DNA from: Sphingomicrobium sp.
Lineage (GTDB): Bacteria; Pseudomonadota; Alphaproteobacteria; Sphingomonadales; Sphingomonadaceae
DNA: 64,000 nucleotides
Direction: 5' to 3'
Assembly: GCA_035944075.1 (NCBI GenBank)
Contig: DASZBO010000017.1
Coordinates: 13,090-77,089, forward strand
The position numbers and the translations under genes were made by a program. The notes under the pieces were generated by a model. The model was given only the letters and a program-made list of their open reading frames with translations, was not told the DNA's origin and did not search any database. This document shows, piece after piece, positions 48,970 to 58,543 of the stretch. Within the stretch, counting starts at the first letter, position 1, and each line of letters begins with the position of its first letter.

Positions 48970-50202
48970 TCAGGGTCGCCCGCTTATCGAACGGAAATGG
49001 TCATAGAGGCGGGCGCTAACCTTCTCCCACGTGAACTCTTGGGCTCGTACCGCAGCCCTCGCGCCCAGTGAGCGTCGCAAGTCTCGGTCGATTGCGAGTT
49101 CAGTCATGGCGCGAGCGACGCTATCAACGTTTAAGGGGTCGACAATCAGCCCCTCAATTCGGTCTCGAATAACTCCCGTTGCCCCCATAGGGCTTACTAT
49201 CGATGCCAATCCGCACGCGGCAGCCTCGTAGGTAACCTGAGGGCTGCCCTCTTCGTGCGTCGGGAATACGAAAACGTCAGCCGCAGCGTAAACCTGAGCT
49301 ACATCATGAACGTGCCCGAGTTGCTGTACGTCAGAGCGCGCAAGAGTGTTTTTATATGCTTCCAGAATGTCTTCGCTGATGTTGCCCGCAATTATCAGTT
49401 TACCCGGTCCGCCCGCCTTTTCCCATGCTTCCAGCACTACGTCCAAACCCTTGCGCACAATACCAAGTCCAACGAACGCAAACACTGGCTCTGCGAACGG
49501 CCGCGCAACCCCAATACCAGCTGCGAGCCGATCCGGATCGTAGCCATATGATGTCTTACGAATGCGCTCGTCCGGTATACCCGCATCGCGCAGGCTTTCA
49601 GCAACGAACGAGCTTGGAGCTGTTACATAGTCGCAGTGCAGCATTTGCTCCTTCTCTTGCGCAATCGCTTCTGGTGAGCTGCCGATGCACCAATCGTCCG
49701 CAAGCGGAAGTCCTCGCCTCGCGTAGGCGAGACTGAGCACTCCACGAACCATATCGCTCATGCAGTTAATCCGTTCACCGACGACGATTGCGCCACGGTC
49801 CTTCGCGCGTTTTATGACTTGAAGATCGTAGGGTGGCCACACATAGACGATGTCGCCTGCCTCCACTCGACGTAGCATCACTTCTCTGGCGATCGCCGGA
49901 TACGCTCGAGCAGGCGCGTGCAATTTGCACATGATCCGAAATAGCAAGTCGGGCAGTGCTGGTCTATGAAACTCACGGGGTAGGTCGGGGTCGCCACTAA
50001 GACACCAAAGTGTTTTGTCGACTTTTTCTTCGGGTAAGTTCGATAATAGGCTCTTCACGGTGTAGCCGACCGAGCCTCGGCCAAGCGAGTTCCATATCAC
50101 CGCATGCAATCTGATCCGGTCATTGGGTTCGCGGTATTTCTGGTATTGGCCATTGCTCATCGAGTAATGCCCGTACTTGGCCTCGTCATAATAGATATCC
50201 AA
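48970..50202 (-). CDS. Glycosyltransferase family 4
   Basis: FVGLGIVRKG, ADVFVFPTHEEGSPQVTYEAAACG. Confidence 0.88.
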   Translation of the reverse strand: MDIYYDEAKYGHYSMSNGQYQKYREPNDRIRLHAVIWNSLGRGSVGYTVKSLLSNLPEEKVDKTLWCLSGDPDLPREFHRPALPDLLFRIMCKLHAPARAYPAIAREVMLRRVEAGDIVYVWPPYDLQVIKRAKDRGAIVVGERINCMSDMVRGVLSLAYARRGLPLADDWCIGSSPEAIAQEKEQMLHCDYVTAPSSFVAESLRDAGIPDERIRKTSYGYDPDRLAAGIGVARPFAEPVFAFVGLGIVRKGLDVVLEAWEKAGGPGKLIIAGNISEDILEAYKNTLARSDVQQLGHVHDVAQVYAAADVFVFPTHEEGSPQVTYEAAACGLASIVSPMGATGVIRDRIEGLIVDPLNVDSVARAMTELAIDRDLRRSLGARAAVRAQEFTWEKVSARLYDHFRSISGRP

Positions 50203-50339
50203 TTTATAGGTGACCGGAAAGCGAATTACTTGGACCGTCTCGAATCACTTGCTTTCGTCGAAACCGCAAAACCTCGAAAGCATGAAGCACCAATGTCAAA
50301 TCCCGAGCTTCGCATGAGCTTCGCATGAGCTTCCATGCG

Positions 50340-51209
50340 CTAGCGCTCGCGCAATCGTAAGGCTTCTTCGAGACCGAGCTGCTGATCGCCGCCGATGTAC
50401 CGGGAATAATCGGGGTGCGTCAGGAGGTGGGTGTAATAGATCTGATATCGGAACGAGAGGTGGCTCAAAGGAAGAAGATTCTGATTCAAGTGAATCTTAC
50501 AGTCCTCTTGCTGCGCATTGAAAGCGTTTATCGCTGCAAGTTGACCATTGAAAGGACCGTACATCTCGGTATCCGAGCCAATGATGTCGTCAAAATACAT
50601 GAAGAGCCTTGGCAGGAACATTTCAGGAGAAGCCTTAGCTTGCTCGAACAGCTTCAATGTTGCCATCGTAGATGAGAAGTAATCTACATCGTTCATGATT
50701 GCGCCAATTGGCGCAGGGCGTTCTCGCTCAGCAAAAGATAAAATAGTGTCAGCGATGTCGCCCAAAATCAGCTTTGCTTGCGGGACGCGCGACTTCAAAT
50801 CAGCAACTTCCATCTTGTATTGTTCAGCTCTGAACCAATACGGGAGATCCTCGCGCCCTTGCGGTTCTGGCATACCTTTACCGCTGTCAAAACCAATGCA
50901 ATCCACAGTGACGCCCGTTGCGCGCCGCACCTCTTGCGCGAATTCGCACATGAACTTGAGGCCATTCCCACCGGCGACGCCAAACTCAACCGCCGAGATC
51001 CGGTCAATCCCCAGACGCTTTGCAAGACGAGCCGCCCCCAGCATGCAGTAAGCATAGTGCGGCCTTTCGATCGCGTTAAAATCGGCCAGAAAGACTCCCG
51101 AATAGGGGTAGATACCGCGCGTTCGGCGAACCACAGCCCGAGCAAGCGAACCTAGAAGCGAATTCTGAAACTGAGACGATAAGACGGCCCGGCCAATGCT
51201 ATCCTTCAT
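50340..51209 (-). CDS. Putative SAM-dependent methyltransferase-fold protein (TylF/MycF-like)
   Basis: AVEFGVAGGNG, IGFDSG.GMP, DVDYFSST, YFDD. Confidence 0.6.
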   Translation of the reverse strand: MKDSIGRAVLSSQFQNSLLGSLARAVVRRTRGIYPYSGVFLADFNAIERPHYAYCMLGAARLAKRLGIDRISAVEFGVAGGNGLKFMCEFAQEVRRATGVTVDCIGFDSGKGMPEPQGREDLPYWFRAEQYKMEVADLKSRVPQAKLILGDIADTILSFAERERPAPIGAIMNDVDYFSSTMATLKLFEQAKASPEMFLPRLFMYFDDIIGSDTEMYGPFNGQLAAINAFNAQQEDCKIHLNQNLLPLSHLSFRYQIYYTHLLTHPDYSRYIGGDQQLGLEEALRLRER

Positions 51210-51371
51210 CTTCTGAACCTAAGCACAGTTGCACCACACCTGCCAGCGGGAGTGGACATTTTGGAGCAGGACGTACTTTTTTGGGACAGGACGACACTTA
51301 CCCGCATTGAGACCATTCCCTCTTTGGTTGTTTTGAGAACTTTGTCCTTCGGGCATAGATCGGACGCCAGG

Positions 51372-52457
51372 TTACAAAGGCTTGCGCTGAAGCGATATTT
51401 TTCGAGAGATCCGATGTGATGGCAACTCAATCGCCATCCAAAAAATAGTTGCGCAAAGCACCGAGCTGCAGACGATCAAAAGGAGCGTTAGGAGGTCTCC
51501 CCACTCACTAACGCCGAACGCTTTTCGGGAAATGAACCCTGCGGCACCAGAAACAGGATTATGGATGAGATACAGGCTGTAAGAAATCGTGCCGAGAAAC
51601 TGCAGCCAACGCCAGTTCAATCCTGTTTCAGCTTTTCTGAGCTTAACTGAAAGCCAGAGCGCAATCGCAGTGCCGGCGCTCATTGCTCCGAAGTGAGTAT
51701 GGAGCGCCAGTACCAAGGCGAGAACGACAAACGCGGCGAACCAATCTCTTTCCTCAGCGGCCCACCGAGCCAAGACTCCGACGAAAAAACAGCCCCACAG
51801 ATTTAGGAAAAGACCTGGTACAAGCCCGTCGAAAAGGCCAACGGCTGAGCCAACGCCCAGGAGAAAAAGTAAGACGCGCATGGGACGTCGATCGACCACC
51901 ATCGCTAAGGCGAAAAATGCGTAAAACTGTATTTCGTAAGAGAGCGTCCAGAATACATTATTGATTTGAGGGAACCCGACAATCTCCTGGATATACAACA
52001 CGTGGGCAGCGACCTGAGCGAGAGACGGCGTCGTTGCCGCTTGGCCCTTCACCTTTGCTGAGACGAGAGCCATGACTATTGCAAAGAGAATAGCAGCCCA
52101 ATACGCCGGATCGAGCCGCACTGACCGACGAAGCATAAAGAGTGCCCAAGTTCGAGGTCGCATCTCTACGTTCGCAAGGCTGTGGGCAATAACGAACCCA
52201 CTCAAGCCGAAGAAGATTGCAACCCCGTAACCGCCAGCATCGAAGAGAATTTCGTCGACCAGATTGGGGAGTGATGCCTTCAACTGCTGGATATGCCCGC
52301 CTTCGCTGGCATGGAACAGAACTACCCATAAAGCTGCAATGCCACGCAGCGCCTGAACGACGGTGAAGTTACGTGGCACGCGAAGACCTCGCCCAACGAC
52401 AATCATTATCTTTAAACTTGATTTGCTGCACGGTGACCGGCAATCCTTTGAGGTCAA
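51372..52457 (-). CDS. Acyltransferase-3 membrane O-acyltransferase
   Basis: VQALRGIAALWVVLFH, GVAIFFGLSGFVI, RRSVRL, WTLSYEIQFY, GTISYSLYLIH; start probably downstream of 52457. Confidence 0.9.
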   Translation of the reverse strand: MTSKDCRSPCSKSSLKIMIVVGRGLRVPRNFTVVQALRGIAALWVVLFHASEGGHIQQLKASLPNLVDEILFDAGGYGVAIFFGLSGFVIAHSLANVEMRPRTWALFMLRRSVRLDPAYWAAILFAIVMALVSAKVKGQAATTPSLAQVAAHVLYIQEIVGFPQINNVFWTLSYEIQFYAFFALAMVVDRRPMRVLLFLLGVGSAVGLFDGLVPGLFLNLWGCFFVGVLARWAAEERDWFAAFVVLALVLALHTHFGAMSAGTAIALWLSVKLRKAETGLNWRWLQFLGTISYSLYLIHNPVSGAAGFISRKAFGVSEWGDLLTLLLIVCSSVLCATIFWMAIELPSHRISRKISLQRKPL

Positions 52458-52760
52458 AGTTCGATCGCAGTGTCTGCGACCTATTCTGCCTTTTCAATCC
52501 TCAGTAGCGCGTCGACACAAGTTCGCAGACTCTGTCGGCCTTCACGCCTCATCCATCGTCATTGCGTTCCTTTCAGCAACGCGACGGCGCGGAGAAGGCG
52601 CTGCAGGTTTCAAAGGCCTTTGTTTAAAGAGCGGATGCGGAAAAGGTTCACCGGCACAGGCGGCCGCTCGACGTCAGTAACGACTAAATCGTGAGGGCGC
52701 GTCGCGATTAGGTCTGACGTGCGAACCAGAAGAGCGATAAGTTATCCTGATATACGATTC

Positions 52761-54860
52761 CTAAGCCAAATACGGACGTACTTGGACGCGCACCGTGAGC
52801 CAATCAGGAACTGCGATTTGCAACTTAGGGCGTAACGGAAGCTCCCAGCCGCCTGGAGCCGGAAGGAATCCAGCGTTTGGATATACGTCATGGCACGGCT
52901 GATTGTGTTCAGTCGTGCAGAATTGGCCGAATATAGTTGTTCCCTGTTCAGCCAATTTGCGGCTCTCCTCGAGCATCGCAAATTCCATGCCGTATCCGAA
53001 CACTCGACAACTGAGCACGAAGACTGGAATCTCAAAGCACTCGTGAGATCTCGTGAGCAGAAGAACCGCGATTGTCCCCATTGATCCAAAGCGATCCTCT
53101 GCATCGGCTATCATGAGGCGCGCTTCCTCTGATCCGATCCAGTCGAAAACCTGGCGTCGCGTTACTCGGGCAGCAGTCATGTTAAATTGGTTGGTTCGGT
53201 TGATCAGGTCGGTAATTCGCACGACGTCGGGTTGGCCAGCCTCCCGGATCATCAATTTAAGCTCGAGCTTGTGGTACATAGCGCTGCGTTGAGCGGCGCC
53301 AGACTCTGCGTCAGCAGATATAAATGCCTCCCGCGCGTCGCGCTGCCGATAAAATTTCGTGCGGTCCGCGTCGGGGCGAGCCGGGAGTATTTCGGCCCAG
53401 ATCTGCAACCGTCTCCAGCTCCGAGAATCGCAGGCATCGAGGGTTTGCATCTGAGGATATATCTCATCGATCATCGCGCGTTCGTCGGGACGGTCGTCGA
53501 CGAATACGAAGTCCTTCTCCTTGAGGTTGAGGTGTTCAGCAATGCGCCGCATGTTGATCGACTTGGGCTCCCAGTTGATCTGCCGCGAAACGAAGTCGTC
53601 CATGGACAGCTGACCGTCAGCGGAATCCCACGTCACCTTAGATGGGTCGTTCTTGGAGTTGATTGCGAGCACCACGCCGCGCTTCTTCAAGCTTAGCAAT
53701 GTTTTCTGACGATCGTGATAGTGCCGTACACCGAGCCCTTCGCCGACGACGCCTTCCCACAGAGTCTCATCCAGATCGCACACCACGAGCTTCCGCTTGC
53801 GCAGCTTCGCGGCAACGAAGAGGATGTCGCAATAGAGATCTGCAACCAATGCACCAAATCGTGCCGGATGCTGGAGCGCCAGTCGGTGATAATAACGGCC
53901 CGCAGCGCGCAGTCCGATCGGCGACGCGATTTTTGCTTCGTCGATGAGCATGATGGCCTGCCCATTTTCGCTCCGTGTGGCAGCCCTTTCGGAAAAAGAG
54001 CGCGTAAGCGACTGAATTGCACGGTTGCGCATTGGGAGCGTGAGAAAATCCGCGAGGCGCTCGCGTATCGTCCCTTCGTGCCGCAGAACGGGCGCTGGGA
54101 CATGCACGACGACAGGACACTCGAACAGGTCAGCCACCGTGTCAAAGAGCATCTCTCCAAGTCGGACCGCTTCTTGGGCGTGTCGGTGAGCCCTCCATGG
54201 ATGGAGGATGACGCGCGTCCGCTGAAGTGCTTCGTAATCGCTCAGCAAAGAATAAGTGAATGGGCTAAGAAACACGAGGTCAAATGGCTCTCTGGCGAGT
54301 TTGGCGAGCGCATCCCGTATTTCGACGAAGTCGTGCGAAGCGACAAAAGTGGGATTGATCCGGATGCCTTCGGCCAGCGCGGGCGCTGTCAGGAAGGCGA
54401 TGACGTCGAGATACAGGCAGTCGCCGATCAGCAAAACCCGGAGTTCATGTTGAGCCTCGCCGGTCAGAGCATCTCTTATTACGTCAAAGGCTTGGAGTGC
54501 TGCATTTTGGGCCGATGGATCATCGGAAAGTGCCTTCAGAAAGAGATCTCTTTCCCCCTCGAGCACAGCCGCCTCTCGATCCCGCCGCACTTCAGCAGCG
54601 ACGGATGGATCGTGAAATTGCTTAGCTTTCTCGCCAACATAGAGATGTCGAAATGCAACATCGCCGTCCCGCAGAAAAGCCGCCATATAATCGACAAGCG
54701 CCCCGCACTCGATCTCTGCAAACGAGGCCGGATCCCTCAAATAATGAGCGGAATACTTAGGCCAGTCCTTTATGAGTTCGGCGAGTTTGCCGCTAAGTTC
54801 CGTTCTCTTCTCCAAGAGGAGCGCGGCGGCCCGCTGCCGCTGCATCGAATTCACCACCAT
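52761..54860 (-). CDS. FkbH-like HAD-IIIC phosphatase/glyceryl transferase with an extra N-terminal helical domain
   Basis: HAD motif I DLDETLW, INSKN, NWEPKS, FVDDRPDE, RTNQFN, DRFGSMG, LSCRVFG. Confidence 0.88.
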   Translation of the reverse strand: MVVNSMQRQRAAALLLEKRTELSGKLAELIKDWPKYSAHYLRDPASFAEIECGALVDYMAAFLRDGDVAFRHLYVGEKAKQFHDPSVAAEVRRDREAAVLEGERDLFLKALSDDPSAQNAALQAFDVIRDALTGEAQHELRVLLIGDCLYLDVIAFLTAPALAEGIRINPTFVASHDFVEIRDALAKLAREPFDLVFLSPFTYSLLSDYEALQRTRVILHPWRAHRHAQEAVRLGEMLFDTVADLFECPVVVHVPAPVLRHEGTIRERLADFLTLPMRNRAIQSLTRSFSERAATRSENGQAIMLIDEAKIASPIGLRAAGRYYHRLALQHPARFGALVADLYCDILFVAAKLRKRKLVVCDLDETLWEGVVGEGLGVRHYHDRQKTLLSLKKRGVVLAINSKNDPSKVTWDSADGQLSMDDFVSRQINWEPKSINMRRIAEHLNLKEKDFVFVDDRPDERAMIDEIYPQMQTLDACDSRSWRRLQIWAEILPARPDADRTKFYRQRDAREAFISADAESGAAQRSAMYHKLELKLMIREAGQPDVVRITDLINRTNQFNMTAARVTRRQVFDWIGSEEARLMIADAEDRFGSMGTIAVLLLTRSHECFEIPVFVLSCRVFGYGMEFAMLEESRKLAEQGTTIFGQFCTTEHNQPCHDVYPNAGFLPAPGGWELPLRPKLQIAVPDWLTVRVQVRPYLA

Positions 54861-55246
54861 TCCTCCGCTTGAGCCATGAAGGTGGCACGCACCTCGATAA
54901 CTTGACGCACATTCAGATCCAGTTGGCTATTGAGTTGTTGCAGCTTCAGGCGCTGCCGACCGGCAGCCGCTTGCCGCCCGTTAGACAAGCCTGCCCGAGT
55001 ATCGCGACATGATCAGTGCACTTAGCTTTGCATGAGTGCAAGTGCTCGGCGATCAAAGCGACCCGAACCAACAAAACGAAGAGCTCTCGGCTAAAAGACA
55101 GTGTGCCTAATCATCAGCAATGAACCGGCGGTGATTGGCGCAGCGGCTGACAGGCAGGTCGCTAGACCAGGGTCTCGTGGGCGGCCCTCTGATCTTTAGA
55201 CGAGAGTCTAATCGGCGTCCGCCTCAGCTAGTCTTGGCCGAGCGCG

Positions 55247-55450
55247 CTACCTTGGCGAGGGGATCGCAGTGATGATGTCGAAGCGATCCATGATGCGCTC
55301 GCCATCTCCGTCTTCCTCATTGTCTAGGACCGCCCAGTCCGATCCGCAGAACCGCCACTCACGCCCCGACCAATACGCAACGAAGGGGTTCGGGTAATTT
55401 GGTCGCTGACTCAGATCCATCAACCAATAGAAGCCAGGTTCGCGTCCCAT
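55247..55450 (-). CDS. Small Trp-rich hypothetical protein
   Basis: EPGFYW...VAYWSG.EW pattern looks protein-like; isolated ORF in an otherwise empty gap; weak RBS. Confidence 0.45.
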   Translation of the reverse strand: MGREPGFYWLMDLSQRPNYPNPFVAYWSGREWRFCGSDWAVLDNEEDGDGERIMDRFDIITAIPSPR

Positions 55451-55557
55451 CAGGAGATCATGCCTTCATCCCCATAGATAAAGTTTGAGAGACTCACGAC
55501 TGAAGAGCGGAGGTCCGCATCTGGTCCCTGCCTCGCCCGCCGCTGAAACCAAGTCAT

Positions 55558-57246
55558 TCAATGTATGGCTGTGTTCGTGTTCGTCGGGGGAGCCGTCATA
55601 GCCGCGTTCGTCACGCAACTGCTCGTACCCGGAACGATTGAGTGGGCGTCGCATACTTGCGTTGGTGAATACACTACGGGCGGCCCAGCAGCAGTCGCAT
55701 TCAAGCCTAAAAAATCGAGGACCGCCTGCAGTTTTGGTGCCTGAGAAGCAGGCTGGCCGATGTATTCGCTGAGGCCCCATGCTCCATACTTGCTAATCTG
55801 ACCTTCAAGAGCAAATAGGTTCAACGAATCTCCAATCTGCGTTTGCCATGACTTCATGAACTGTAGGTACGCATCATGCATTCGCGTGTCACGCTGTACT
55901 TGCTGCTCCAATGGCACGTTATTCGAGAGCACAATACCTTGGCCTGCTTCGTAAGTGAGGTATCGAAGTCCATATTTTGAAGCTACGGACTTTTGCTGCG
56001 CACCCCAGTTTACAGCGGCACTAACTTCGGCAGGCAGTGACGTCATTATCTGATCGAGCGACATCGAACTTGTAGCGTCATAGCCGAAGTAAGGAGCCGT
56101 CGCCAGCGCGTCAACAAATTGGCTGACATTCATATATTTTAACAGCAAGTCAGTGTAGTAAGGGGAAACGTGTTGCCATGAAGCGACACGCACAAGTCTG
56201 TTATTCTGGCCGGAAAAAACATTAGTCCAGATTTCCATTACTTGTTTCGTCTTCTCCGCATAGCGTTCTAAATTTCCGGCAGTTTGACTATTTGTCCCGC
56301 TCGGTAACGCTTCTGCTTGCGCTTCTTTTGTTGCCTGCGCGGCAACGGGATAGTTGCCATTCCATACTTCGTTGCTAACTTCGACATAGGCACGATGGTT
56401 CGTCGCCAAATTTTCGCGGACGTAGGTCGCGAATTTGGTTATGTAGTCGTTGTCGGCATTCCAAGGCACGGTAACCCAGAGGTCAGCCCCCGCCTGATTT
56501 GCACTTTGAACCATGACTTCAACGGGGACGCCGTCGTTCTTCGTATAGTCACCGTCGCCCGGTTTGTTCCGGGTTGCCCAAGTCACGGGCCAATTGCCCT
56601 CAGTTGCAGTCTGCCACTTCATGAACCGTATCGTCCTAAACATCGAAAGCTGGGATAAGAATTCGGGCGTAAGTGTGTTACCAGAAGACGCGCTGGTTTC
56701 GCGACAATCGATATTGCGGATATAGTTGGTCGGATCGACGGCGTAGCTGAGAAGAGCCGTCTTGGGGTTCGGGTAAGTACCCGCAAGTGTAAAGTTCGTC
56801 GAACCAGCAGATGTCGCTACGTTTGAAACAGCAGGTCCTGAGACGGACAACGTTCCGTTGCCTTGATAACGACAGATGAATTTGCCGCCGTTCAAGGGCG
56901 CCGTCAGTTCGCGCATGATGCGCGATCCTGCGGGAGCCGACTTCACCCAGCCATTGGCATCAAGCAAGTTTGCCGGTACTCTGGAAGAAGCGCCAGACGC
57001 ATTCTGGACTATCCACGATGAACCATAAATCAGGTTCGTGAATTGCCGGCTGCTCCACTGAATGCCGCTCACATTAACGCCGAGTATGGCACTTGCTGTG
57101 TTCCCCGCGGCCGACTGCTTGGTCGCCATTTTGGAGGTCGAAGCACTCGTATTGTTATTCACGTCACCTTGAGCTGAGCCACAAACAGCAAGAGCGAACG
57201 ATGCGCACATCGCGCCAGCAGCCTTCGACAATTGCGCAAACTTCAT
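55558..57246 (-). CDS. Secreted glycoside-hydrolase-like (clan GH-A type TIM barrel) protein
   Basis: Signal peptide, RTIRFMKW, GVPVE, ADLWVTVP, YVEVSNEVWN (acid/base) and LTYEAGQ (nucleophile-like). Confidence 0.7.
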   Translation of the reverse strand: MKFAQLSKAAGAMCASFALAVCGSAQGDVNNNTSASTSKMATKQSAAGNTASAILGVNVSGIQWSSRQFTNLIYGSSWIVQNASGASSRVPANLLDANGWVKSAPAGSRIMRELTAPLNGGKFICRYQGNGTLSVSGPAVSNVATSAGSTNFTLAGTYPNPKTALLSYAVDPTNYIRNIDCRETSASSGNTLTPEFLSQLSMFRTIRFMKWQTATEGNWPVTWATRNKPGDGDYTKNDGVPVEVMVQSANQAGADLWVTVPWNADNDYITKFATYVRENLATNHRAYVEVSNEVWNGNYPVAAQATKEAQAEALPSGTNSQTAGNLERYAEKTKQVMEIWTNVFSGQNNRLVRVASWQHVSPYYTDLLLKYMNVSQFVDALATAPYFGYDATSSMSLDQIMTSLPAEVSAAVNWGAQQKSVASKYGLRYLTYEAGQGIVLSNNVPLEQQVQRDTRMHDAYLQFMKSWQTQIGDSLNLFALEGQISKYGAWGLSEYIGQPASQAPKLQAVLDFLGLNATAAGPPVVYSPTQVCDAHSIVPGTSSCVTNAAMTAPPTNTNTAIH

Positions 57247-57330
57247 CTCACTTAACCTTAGGAGTTGAGATTATTCGCTTTGGCCTAAGCTATCCGAGGA
57301 TCACTCTGACTACTAGGATCAGGTGGTGCA

Positions 57331-57360
57331 GCTAAGTGGCACGTGATCCTGCTAAGTGGC
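57331..57360. repeat. 10-bp direct repeat with 20-bp period, candidate operator
   Basis: GCTAAGTGGC at 57331 and 57351, 85-115 bp upstream of the GH-like gene. Confidence 0.55.
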
Positions 57361-57737
57361 TATCCGGGGGTAAGTCGCATGCTCGTCTCCTGAACGCACC
57401 GCTGCGCAAAACCGTCTAATGTCTACCGATAACCTCCAATTGCAATCCTGACATTACGCCATTGCCCATTGTTTAACGCGCAAACGCGAAACCTTCTGGG
57501 CGCATTCCCATTCTCATCTGGCGCCATTTTTGATGCATTCTTATGCGCCAAGAACTTTTCGACGGACTTCGTCGAGACCTCCAAATACCTTGGTGGACCT
57601 TCGCTGTCGCGACATTTGGTGACGCTTGTCGGAAAAGAAACACCCGAAGGACTTAAATGCCACGGTTGAGCGCCGGGGCGAACTCGGAGCGGAGTTGAGC
57701 AGGGGCCGTAATATTTGCGATCAATCAGGGGCTACTA

Positions 57738-58142
57738 TTAGAAGGGGCAACTAAGCTTCTTAGTTTTCGAAGCGAGCGCCTGTGCCGGCTTACCATCGAC
57801 AAAGAGCCCAACTGTTTCCGCCGTTTGATCCCAGTTAAAGATGACATCGTGCTCAGGTTTTGCAGCGAAGCTGGCAATCAGTGTCTTGCGTTCTTGACCA
57901 CCCTGGATGAGAGCAAACGACAAACTGTGATGAGACGGCCAGTATATCACCGTCCCGCCATGGGGCACCATGAAGCACTGGCGGTTCTCTCGCCCATCTG
58001 GAAGTCGCTCGCTTACATGCCACTCAAACTGGCCCGCGAGCGCGGTTAAGTGGCGGATGAGCGCATCCCGTTGACTAACATCCGCGGGGCTGCGGCAACT
58101 CGTCAATACAATCGAGGAAGCTATTAAGGCGAGTTTTTTCAT
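57738..58142 (-). CDS. Hypothetical lipoprotein
   Basis: MKKLALIASSIVLTSC lipobox; the longer 274-aa ORF start is not credible. Confidence 0.65.
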   Translation of the reverse strand: MKKLALIASSIVLTSCRSPADVSQRDALIRHLTALAGQFEWHVSERLPDGRENRQCFMVPHGGTVIYWPSHHSLSFALIQGGQERKTLIASFAAKPEHDVIFNWDQTAETVGLFVDGKPAQALASKTKKLSCPF

Positions 58143-58418
58143 CCGCATTCTCCGTTTTAGGCGTTCTTTAAGAAGCCTGGTCACGAATCCGTTCGTAGGG
58201 CAGCAAGGCGAGCTTTCGTTGGCATGAGCGCGTAAGCGGTCGCTAATGACACCCTGCTGAGGAGTCACACTATTTACTTGTGTAGTGCTCAGTCGTTCCT
58301 CGGAGATTGAAGACGGCGCTTGCGCGTCATGGAGATAAGATGGAGGATCATACCCAGGATGAAGGCTTCTTTTTGTCCCCTGCTTCCTCGAGCCCGTGCG
58401 CCATGATACGCGCGACTG

Positions 58419-58532
58419 ATGGAATTCCTCATCGGACTCGCTTGGTGGCTCTATATCTTCATCGGCTTGATGATGCTCGCGATCGCAAGCGACCGCGAGC
58501 CGCCGAAACGCAGGAACAAGCCGAGAAGTTAG
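58419..58532 (+). CDS. Candidate 37-aa single-TM small protein
   Basis: MEFLIGLAWWLYIFIGLMMLAIASDREPPKRRNKPRS; below the ORF-track cutoff; no clear RBS. Confidence 0.35.
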   Translation: MEFLIGLAWWLYIFIGLMMLAIASDREPPKRRNKPRS

Positions 58533-58543
58533 CGAGTGTCGCC

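Noticed and set aside
50305-50336. 11-bp tandem repeat (GAGCTTCGCAT, about 3 copies)
   Set aside because: Real but short and intergenic, with no spacers or cas genes; probably slippage, not CRISPR
53715-54872. 385-aa plus-strand ORF
   Set aside because: Antisense to the FkbH-like gene; no recognisable domain
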